Source: a virus (Duplodnaviria > Caudoviricetes). Taken from it: 56,410 bases of DNA. The notes beneath the pieces are model-generated. The model was not told the DNA's origin and made no database searches. It saw nothing but the letters and a program-made list of their open reading frames with translations. Each line of letters begins with the position of its first letter. Within the stretch, counting starts at the first letter, position 1. The position numbers and the translations under genes were made by a program. This document shows positions 49,708-56,410 of the stretch, piece by piece. The stretch is from IMG/VR virus record IMGVR_UViG_3300022592_000005, positions 1 through 56,410 of that record; one strand, 5' to 3'.

Positions 49708-49809
49708 GTCATTCTCCTATTAAATTAAACTACCAAACAGAAACACATTGCCCCATAGACATAGCAGATCATTACTAGTGGTCTACGATTTACGCAATGC
49801 ATTTCTGTT

Positions 49810-49883
49810 TGGCACCCCGAACAAGATTCGAACTTGTGATAGTTGAGTCAAAGTCAACTGTGTTACCGCTACACTATCAGGGA
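49810..49883 (-). tRNA. tRNA-Gln(TTG)
   Basis: Loop CTTTGAC, GCCA. Confidence 0.9.
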
Positions 49884-49993
49884 ACAGACGATCGATGACT
49901 CCAGCGAACTTTCATCACCGATCGTTTTAAAACAGAATCCCAAATTTTTAATGAACATTTAAGTAGCTGACAATTTTCAACTACCGAGCAGGA

Positions 49994-50022
49994 AGTATAC
50001 CCCATAACAGGATATAAGTCAA
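49994..50022 (-). promoter_or_regulatory. Sigma70-like promoter at the head of the tRNA array
   Basis: TTGACT-N17-TATACT. Confidence 0.75.
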
Positions 50023-50064
50023 GCACTAATTTTAATAACCTTACATGATAGTAGGTTATCCTAC

Positions 50065-50104
50065 AAAACAAAAAACCCCGAAGACTCTCATCTATCGGGG
50101 TTTT
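50065..50104 (-). terminator. Intrinsic terminator (candidate attenuator)
   Basis: CCCCGA..AGAT-GAGA-GTCT-TCGGGG followed by TTTTTTGTTTT. Confidence 0.85.
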
Positions 50105-50127
50105 GAAAAATAAAGTAAGTTTACAAT

Positions 50128-50247
50128 CTACTTTTCAAAACCCCCACGATCAATCTCTTGCGCATATCCAAAAACATTGCGTGATGTTGACCAGCCACTA
50201 TTAAGTGGTAAGTGTTTCATCGGCTGTCTGGATATACAAAGTTTCAT
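50128..50247 (-). CDS. Leaderless 39-aa leader peptide containing all 20 amino acids
   Basis: ATG 7 nt after a consensus -10; 3' end complementary to the 5' arm of the terminator. Confidence 0.65.
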   Translation of the reverse strand: MKLCISRQPMKHLPLNSGWSTSRNVFGYAQEIDRGGFEK

Positions 50248-50254
50248 GATTGAA

Positions 50255-50283
50255 ATTATACTTCTTTCTTGGTTAAATGTCAA
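50255..50283 (-). promoter_or_regulatory. Consensus sigma70 promoter for the leader ORF
   Basis: TTGACA-N17-TATAAT. Confidence 0.88.
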
Positions 50284-50363
50284 GCGATTTTTTACATCGC
50301 TAATGTATTTAGTCATATTATATCTCAAAAACGACTAAATGTCAAATTATTTTAAAAAAATTT

Positions 50364-50702
50364 TCAACGACGGTAACAGAAATTTCCTGTCACTGGTTGA
50401 CCATTGACCATCTCACTACGTAACTCACAGGTTTGTCCTGGCATCGGAATAACAGGTGCATCGGAAGGATACACATATACTGTCGGTGGCTGAACTGGCT
50501 GTTGATAATACACGGGTGGAGCTGGATAGTACACTGGTGGTGGCGAATAGACATAAGTCGGACGCTGGGTCAAAATGTTGCCAATGACAACACCGACACC
50601 GAACGGAACCCATGGGCTATAGTAGCCACCATTTGCGTGGGCATGAGCAGGAACTGTCAGCAAAGATGCAGCGAGTGTAACACCAACTATAACCTTCTTC
50701 AT
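50364..50702 (-). CDS. Secreted Pro/Tyr-rich protein
   Basis: AGGAG RBS, signal peptide, PPPVYY repeats. Confidence 0.65.
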   Translation of the reverse strand: MKKVIVGVTLAASLLTVPAHAHANGGYYSPWVPFGVGVVIGNILTQRPTYVYSPPPVYYPAPPVYYQQPVQPPTVYVYPSDAPVIPMPGQTCELRSEMVNGQPVTGNFCYRR

Positions 50703-50816
50703 AACAACTCCTTTTCTCATTCTATACCATAAGTATATCCGATTATTGAATAAATGTCAAGCACTTTTTCATCTTTTTTTCATCTTTTTTATGAAAAAGT
50801 CTTGCAAGAGGGGTTT

Positions 50817-50951
50817 TCAGAGTACTTGGTAGTCTTCCTTGCCCACACCACACTCTGGACACTCAAAATCGGCTGGGAGATCTTCCCACTTACCTTCGGT
50901 GGCTTCATCGTGGACATGCCCACATACAACACAAACTCTTTGCTGTTCCAT
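50817..50951 (-). CDS. Rubredoxin
   Basis: CVVCG..WEDLP.DF.CPECG..K.D. Confidence 0.9.
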   Translation of the reverse strand: MEQQRVCVVCGHVHDEATEGKWEDLPADFECPECGVGKEDYQVL

Positions 50952-50962
50952 GTTAATTTCCT

Positions 50963-51364
50963 TTATTTTGTTTTCTCTGCTATATTCTTGTAACCAGCCC
51001 AACTTGGATGAATCTTGTCTGCTTGCCAGCGTGTAGTTGGAATAACAACATCACCGAATTGGTTGGCAACTGAGCGAACATTTTTAACTGCTTCTGGTTT
51101 GCTTTCCAGATTTGGCTCAATCCAAAATACTCGCTTACCTTTTACTTTATTGCGAATCTCTACTAGTTTTGCATGAGTGTCTGCTTTTTCCCAATCATTG
51201 GTACTTAAACTAATGATAACAGTTTCAGCGGACAGGTCATGCATACCATACTTCTTGTCCCAACCATGGCTAGTGATACCACCTTTAGCATAGCCCGCAC
51301 ATTCTGGGCGAAACATCTTAGTGCCAACAGCAATACTATCGCCGATGATTAGACATTCTAGCAT
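50963..51364 (-). CDS. SGNH/GDSL hydrolase-like protein
   Basis: IIGDSIA, S.STND, D.IHP..GY. Confidence 0.8.
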   Translation of the reverse strand: MLECLIIGDSIAVGTKMFRPECAGYAKGGITSHGWDKKYGMHDLSAETVIISLSTNDWEKADTHAKLVEIRNKVKGKRVFWIEPNLESKPEAVKNVRSVANQFGDVVIPTTRWQADKIHPSWAGYKNIAEKTK

Positions 51365-51813
51365 TATAGATTTTCCAATTGTTGTTTGTATGCATTCGCA
51401 TGTCGTTCTTCAACACGCTTCAAAGCTGCGAATCGTTTTTCAGCTTTTGCAAGAACTTCCTTAAATTGTTCAGCGTGTTCTTCTGATTCGGCAATTTGTT
51501 GTTGTATTTCAGCAGCTTCAAGAATTCGCCCTTCGGCGATTGCTTCTTTTTGCATAGTTGGATACATCTGAGTGAACTCATATGTCTCACCTTCAATTGC
51601 TTTCTCAAGACATTCTTTGGTAGATGGCTTACCGATTAGCAACTCAAGATGACCCCATGCATGTTTGATCTCTTGATCAGCAGTGTGTTCAAAGTGTTTC
51701 GCAACATCTTCGAAACCTTCTTCACGTGCAATCTTAGCGAAATAACGATACTTGATATGAGCCATTGATTCGCCAGCCAATGCACTCTCAAGATTTTGTA
51801 ATGTTACGGACAT
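51364..51813 (-). CDS. Rubrerythrin (ferritin-like domain only)
   Basis: T..NL..A.AGES.A..KY..FA..A..EG, E..HA, AI.GE.YE...MYP, E..HA. Confidence 0.9.
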   Translation of the reverse strand: MSVTLQNLESALAGESMAHIKYRYFAKIAREEGFEDVAKHFEHTADQEIKHAWGHLELLIGKPSTKECLEKAIEGETYEFTQMYPTMQKEAIAEGRILEAAEIQQQIAESEEHAEQFKEVLAKAEKRFAALKRVEERHANAYKQQLENL

Positions 51814-52241
51814 GTCACCCTTTCAATTTCAATACCACATTTTTCTAAAAATTCTAAACCAACAGTATCTCTGTAAGCATCTCGATAGTATAATTTACTT
51901 ATACCAGCACCATGAATCAATTTCGCACATTGAATACAAGGAGCATGAGTGGCAAATATACTAGCACCACTGCCAGACTCACCATCACGAGCAAGTTTCG
52001 CAATCGCATTTGCTTCCGCATGAATCACCTCATCTTTTGTGACCAATTTTGTTGTGTCGTCGGAAAGTTGTACGACGTCCTCACATACATTAGTCCAACC
52101 AGCAGGCATACCATTGTAACCGATAGAGATAATACGATTATCTTTAACGACAACAGAACCAACCTGTAATCTTTTTGCACTAGAGAGCTGAGCAAATCTC
52201 TCAGCAGTATCCATAAACGCATCAACCCACTTCTTTTTCAT
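51804..52241 (-). CDS. cd: dCMP deaminase
   Basis: IIS.GYNG.P, HAEANAI, PCIQC. Confidence 0.93.
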   Translation of the reverse strand: MKKKWVDAFMDTAERFAQLSSAKRLQVGSVVVKDNRIISIGYNGMPAGWTNVCEDVVQLSDDTTKLVTKDEVIHAEANAIAKLARDGESGSGASIFATHAPCIQCAKLIHGAGISKLYYRDAYRDTVGLEFLEKCGIEIERVTCP

Positions 52242-52911
52242 TTGGATCCTTCGCTAAACCACGCCAACATAACAACCTGTCAGTGTTCCACCAGTCCCAC
52301 TCTGAGTTTACAAATTTTGCAAATTCAACACGGGAAGTGTCATCATAATTCTTAATTTCAATTTCGTAGTAACCTTCGTACTGTGGAACTACATCCATTG
52401 AAAACCATTCAGTGCGATCGGCATCTTCCCAATCTTCTCTGAGTCTTTCAACCTCATACTCATCGAACTGAGTAAGAAGATCTCCGAACTGAATCAACTC
52501 TTCAGGAAGATTCTCAATATCTTCACGTGAAGTCCAGTCAAGTTCGTAGTAGTCATCGCCATCTTCTGTAGTGAAAATGCCACCATAAGCCATTCCTGGT
52601 TCATAGTAAACTGCCTCAACACCCCATCCGTTATCAACAAGATATTGATAGAGTGCAGTTGGTGGTGACCATGCTGTATTCATCGAGACCCAGATGGTGT
52701 TATCATCATGTCGTTCCCAATCAATAATGTCTGCATCCCACTTGGTGCCCCAGTTACTAATTGACCAGTCGTATTCCCATTCGCCTTTGGGATTGGGGCG
52801 AAGTGTTTCAAACAAACCCTTTGTCGATCCAACAAGAGCCAGCGAAACAGCATCAATTTTGCTCTTATCACTGTTAGTCAGTGTCAATGCATTGTCGCAC
52901 CAATTAGGCAT
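52222..52911 (-). CDS. YubB/DUF1281-like protein
   Basis: MPNWC.N, W...NWGTKWD, TAWSPP, Y.EPG. Confidence 0.7.
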   Translation of the reverse strand: MPNWCDNALTLTNSDKSKIDAVSLALVGSTKGLFETLRPNPKGEWEYDWSISNWGTKWDADIIDWERHDDNTIWVSMNTAWSPPTALYQYLVDNGWGVEAVYYEPGMAYGGIFTTEDGDDYYELDWTSREDIENLPEELIQFGDLLTQFDEYEVERLREDWEDADRTEWFSMDVVPQYEGYYEIEIKNYDDTSRVEFAKFVNSEWDWWNTDRLLCWRGLAKDPNEKEVG

Positions 52912-52971
52912 ATCACTTCTCCATTATAAATTTAATAACACGTTTCCACCATGGGATGGCTGGTGCCAGCT

Positions 52972-53424
52972 TCATTGCTGCGTCGCACCAGCTTTCACTT
53001 TTTTTACTGTCTTTTCCTTGAAGGGAATGTTGATAGTAAAACCATTTTCGATAACCAACTTCGATGTAATTTTTGGATACATCTTTGTTAGCTTCTGATC
53101 TTTCACGGCAAGTAACATCTTAGCTTCGTCTGGATGCACACCTTCAAGTAGAGAGATGAACAATGACTCACGCTTGATTGATGTAAGATCTTCACGACAG
53201 AAAATATACAGACGACGTAACTCGTTGAACAAATTAGTCGGACTCATACCCAATGGTTCGGCAGATGGTTTGAATGGTGGATCACCATCTGGTAAAATGA
53301 ATTTCTTGGAAGGGTCAAACGCATATTCGAAGATAATCTTCAGTGCTGCGTCATTCTTGTACTTCTCAATACTCTTCGGATCTGCATTGATTTCCTCAAG
53401 CATTTGGGTAACATATTTTCTCAT
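52972..53424 (-). CDS. Hypothetical protein typical of T4-like phages
   Basis: FD....LP.G.PP, KRE.LFI.LLEG.HP.EA....KD motif next to rnh. Confidence 0.75.
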   Translation of the reverse strand: MRKYVTQMLEEINADPKSIEKYKNDAALKIIFEYAFDPSKKFILPDGDPPFKPSAEPLGMSPTNLFNELRRLYIFCREDLTSIKRESLFISLLEGVHPDEAKMLLAVKDQKLTKMYPKITSKLVIENGFTINIPFKEKTVKKVKAGATQQ

Positions 53425-54317
53425 CAAAACTCCTCTAGTTCATCAAGCAATAATCGGCAACGCTTCTCAATAAGATAATTCATAATTGCCATCTTATCGC
53501 CAGTTGGTTTGTTGTTCATATATGCAGAGATAACAGATTGCGTAACATCATCTGGGATTTTAGTGAACGAAACCAATGTTTCATTACGTGCCCAATTACG
53601 CTTCTCTTCATCACTGCGGCATGCGTCTATACCTTTCTCAATAAACTCAGCCAATCGTTTAGCACTCATTGGCTTTTGTCGTTCACCAGAAACAAACACA
53701 TCATCTTTACTTAGGATGTTTGGAACGCCATCGCCAGCGTCACCCTTAACAATGTGTTCAATGGTATAATCACGAATCTCTTGTTTCGTTGCAGTTACAT
53801 ATTTCTTCTGCATCGGTGACCACTGTTTCACATTAGGATACAACTGCAACTGTTTGAAGTCTTTATCAGATGAGAGAATCAAAATCTTCTGAGACTCTTC
53901 AACCAAACCTTCAGTTACAAGTTGATTCTCTTGCGCCCACTTGGTCATTACTGCAATGATATCGTCTGCTTCACAGCGATCGATATGCAACACACGATAA
54001 GGGAAATACTTGGCAAGGTCTTCACGCATTTCTGACAGTGTGTCAAAAATCAATGTCCAATCTAGATCGGATGCGTCACGTGCTTTCTTTCGCCCTGCTT
54101 TGTAGTGTTCAAACACATCACGACGCCAGTACTTGCGACCATCGCAACAGATGACAACTTCACCATACTCATGACCATATTTCTTCTTGAAAGATTTAAT
54201 GGTTGAGAGTGTGACATGTCGAATAAGGTTTTTAACTTCTTCCTCATTACCTTTTAACTCACGTTGGAATGTCAGAATACCACTGAGTGCTACCTGACTA
54301 TAATCAATTAAAATCAT
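53424..54317 (-). CDS. rnh: T4-type RNase H (5'-3' exonuclease)
   Basis: MILID, YWRR..F..YK..R, EADDII, SSDKDF.QL, GD.GDGVPN. Confidence 0.95.
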   Translation of the reverse strand: MILIDYSQVALSGILTFQRELKGNEEEVKNLIRHVTLSTIKSFKKKYGHEYGEVVICCDGRKYWRRDVFEHYKAGRKKARDASDLDWTLIFDTLSEMREDLAKYFPYRVLHIDRCEADDIIAVMTKWAQENQLVTEGLVEESQKILILSSDKDFKQLQLYPNVKQWSPMQKKYVTATKQEIRDYTIEHIVKGDAGDGVPNILSKDDVFVSGERQKPMSAKRLAEFIEKGIDACRSDEEKRNWARNETLVSFTKIPDDVTQSVISAYMNNKPTGDKMAIMNYLIEKRCRLLLDELEEF

Positions 54318-54559
54318 TTCTTTGTATACTCCACACCATCGACAACAACTGTGTTTATCGTAGCTTTACCAGATTGATATTGTATCGATGTTGTAGACAT
54401 TGGGCAACGAACAACCTTCATTGTCGCTCCATTTGAATTACTAATCTCGTAAAATTTACAATCTTTTAATCCATCGGGCAATACTTCCCAGACAGTTTCC
54501 TTAGCTGATGGTGTACAACCAGCAAGAGCAACTGCCATAACTAACATAATATATTTCAT
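54314..54559 (-). CDS. Small lipoprotein
   Basis: Lipobox LAGC. Confidence 0.7.
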   Translation of the reverse strand: MKYIMLVMAVALAGCTPSAKETVWEVLPDGLKDCKFYEISNSNGATMKVVRCPMSTTSIQYQSGKATINTVVVDGVEYTKK

Positions 54560-55683
54560 TAGAATGCTCCCAATAGCAGTGTTTCTTCATTGAAGCGACC
54601 ATTCGGTACTGTTGGTTTTGTCTTCAAAGTTTTCACAGCGTTTGCCAATGCACGTTTACCCATACTCAATCCCTTGAAGAATTCTTCTGGTTTACGCAGA
54701 GTCCACTGCTTCGATTCTTTAACATCAAACCCGATGATAGTTGTTCCCTTGACAGAAACTGTTGAACCATCGATACCTTTGTATACACCGAATCGGCGAT
54801 ACTTTGCATTATAGAACCAAACCTCAGATGAGCCAATGATACTTGTCATTGCGGCACACTTGAGACCCAACTCTGGAACCTCGTTAAGGAACTTCATCTT
54901 GGCAACCTGTTTACCAACAGGAACTTCTTTACGCTTACGAGGTGCACGATTTGCCTTGGCAGATTGTACTTGTTGCGAACAGTCAGTGATCATCGTATCT
55001 ACAAAATCAGCGAACTTCTTCAACTCTCGTTTAGTGAAGTTTGAATAACCTTCAACAAGTTGTTCATCGGCACCAGCAATTGCTTCACGGAGTTCTGATG
55101 CCAATGGCATGAAGAATTCTCCGATGCGTTTAGCAACTGGTGCTGAAACTGCATTCGCAGCAAGATAGGTCTTCGCTGAAAATTCTGTCTTACCCTTAGT
55201 CAAAACAAACTCATCAACACCAGCATCAAATTCTGCAGCATGTTTGTGGGCAGATTCTTCGATACGATCTTGAATTGAGATTACATTAACTGCTGGTGCA
55301 TCAACTTCCTTGGCTTGCGCCTTGGCTTTCTTTGCATCATATTTCGCAATCAGTTCAGTAACCTTACGTGACATCCATACCAAGTGCTCATCGCTGATGT
55401 ATTGTTCACGTGATTTAAGACGTGCCAATGTAGCCAACTGACGAACTTCGTAGTCGGGCATATCGTTGAATAGTGGGATGTTTTGTTTCTGATTGTTTGT
55501 GGTGAAATATGTGGCCAACCACTTACGTTTAGTCTTGTCATCTTCGTTCACATTATACCATGCCAAGGCACTGGTAAGTTGCGAGACATAGTTCTCAGAC
55601 GTAACGACTGGTTCGCCACCACCACGCATCTTGTTTTTAATCATTTCGACTTTTTCAAGTCTTTTTGCAGTATTCACAGCCAT
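54559..55683 (-). CDS. Hypothetical protein typical of T4-like phages
   Basis: 374 aa; VKGTTI.GFD, TLRKPE, PNGR.N motifs; GGAGG RBS. Confidence 0.75.
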   Translation of the reverse strand: MAVNTAKRLEKVEMIKNKMRGGGEPVVTSENYVSQLTSALAWYNVNEDDKTKRKWLATYFTTNNQKQNIPLFNDMPDYEVRQLATLARLKSREQYISDEHLVWMSRKVTELIAKYDAKKAKAQAKEVDAPAVNVISIQDRIEESAHKHAAEFDAGVDEFVLTKGKTEFSAKTYLAANAVSAPVAKRIGEFFMPLASELREAIAGADEQLVEGYSNFTKRELKKFADFVDTMITDCSQQVQSAKANRAPRKRKEVPVGKQVAKMKFLNEVPELGLKCAAMTSIIGSSEVWFYNAKYRRFGVYKGIDGSTVSVKGTTIIGFDVKESKQWTLRKPEEFFKGLSMGKRALANAVKTLKTKPTVPNGRFNEETLLLGAF

Positions 55684-55925
55684 AGGTTTTTATCCTCCAT
55701 AATATAATTATACCGCATTTATGAATAAAAGTCAAGCATTATTTACGCGACTGGATGATGCCGCCAGAAAGGACTCCACCGAGGATGAGAGATGCAGCCC
55801 ATGTATCAAAGGTGTATGGGATTGCAAGAACTGGGAACAAAGTGTTCAATGCCCAGAGAGATGCCAATGGACCGAAAACAATAACAGCCAAGGCAAAGAG
55901 AAGAACCAAAATCACTTGTAACATA

Positions 55926-56168
55926 TTATACTCCAAAAGAAATTACAGAATCAAAACGGAAAGAACGCCACTCGCCTTTCTCTAGGTCGAAGACACGAAC
56001 TGCGGATCCAACAGTGCTGCTACCTTCCTCGCTCTCTTTGGATTTTGGTCGCTTGTCTGCTGGAATTTTTGATTCAACGAGGGTGCAGACCATTTTTCTT
56101 TCACTACCATCTGCTTTTGTAAAAGTGACGGTAGCTTGGTTAGTGCGCAGTAGGTTGAGGATTTCGTC
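55926..56168 (-). CDS. Sm-like/SH3 beta-barrel protein (WYL_2-like), 5' end uncertain
   Basis: VTFTK.DG.ER.M.CTL, VFDLEK.EWRSFR.DSV. Confidence 0.7.
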   Translation of the reverse strand, partial: DEILNLLRTNQATVTFTKADGSERKMVCTLVESKIPADKRPKSKESEEGSSTVGSAVRVFDLEKGEWRSFRFDSVISFGV

Positions 56169-56410
56169 ATGGGTGTCATCGACGAGATCGTGCGTAACCA
56201 CGGTGGGCATCTTATTGGTCTTCCACGCGTGCATGAGGCGGCGGAGACGCAGGCGCCAGTAATCGTCCACCAATTCCTCCAGGGCGCCACGGATCGCGCG
56301 GTCTACGGCCAAGCCTGGGAGTACAACCGAGCTTACGACGTGGCCAACCCCGTTGCCATCGGAGCCGGTGCGAATCTGCTGGCAGGCTCAGTTCCCGCGA
56401 ATCGTATCAC

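Noticed and set aside
44795-50071. Several listed ORFs overlapping tRNA genes (e.g. 45775-46017, 46950-47180, 47417-47653, 48800-49003)
   Set aside because: They coincide with tRNA cloverleafs and are incidental frames
50248-50328. Longer 66-aa version of the leader ORF
   Set aside because: The extension runs through the promoter boxes and has no RBS; the ATG at 50247 matches the predicted start site
1-56410. Genome-wide TAG reassignment (code 15)
   Set aside because: Long structural and enzyme genes are intact in code 11 with no internal TAG breaks
56169-56410. Prophage attachment site
   Set aside because: No integrase or att repeat visible, T4-like phages are lytic, and the junction interrupts a gene

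Overview
A 56 kb segment of a large T4-like (myovirus) phage genome. The tmRNA tag ANDSAYALAA and sigma70-type promoters suggest a beta/gamma-proteobacterial host (inference). Layout: (1) 1-13.7 kb, baseplate/tail/head-completion late genes (gp25, PAAR, gp5, gp53, gp48, gp4, gp2, gp54, holin, small terminase, gp26/gp51, tape measure); (2) 13.7-26.5 kb, gp32, gp59, gp33, ClpP-like protease, SleB, a permuted two-piece tmRNA, exonuclease, GH19 endolysin, PhoH and nucleotide enzymes; (3) 26.5-39 kb, many small early genes including an Acb1-like 2H phosphodiesterase; (4) 39-44 kb, NAD salvage (NadV plus NadM-Nudix), a vWA protein and a DUF2828/TROVE-like protein; (5) 42.5-49.9 kb, 31 tRNA genes covering all 20 amino acids plus an amber suppressor, interspersed with structured non-tRNA RNAs; (6) 50.3-56.2 kb, rubredoxin, rubrerythrin, dCMP deaminase and RNase H. 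Best candidates for an undescribed system: a leaderless 39-codon leader ORF containing all 20 amino acids (33 distinct codons) linked to a terminator/antiterminator in front of the tRNA array; five copies of a small stem-closed RNA (AGG..CWGCAA..CCUGUU), several with anticodon-like loops, two of them in the leader of the TROVE-like gene; and a mini-ORF with an in-frame UAG followed by a hairpin. Both extreme ends of the window look foreign or chimeric. All family calls come from motif recognition by eye, not from database searches.
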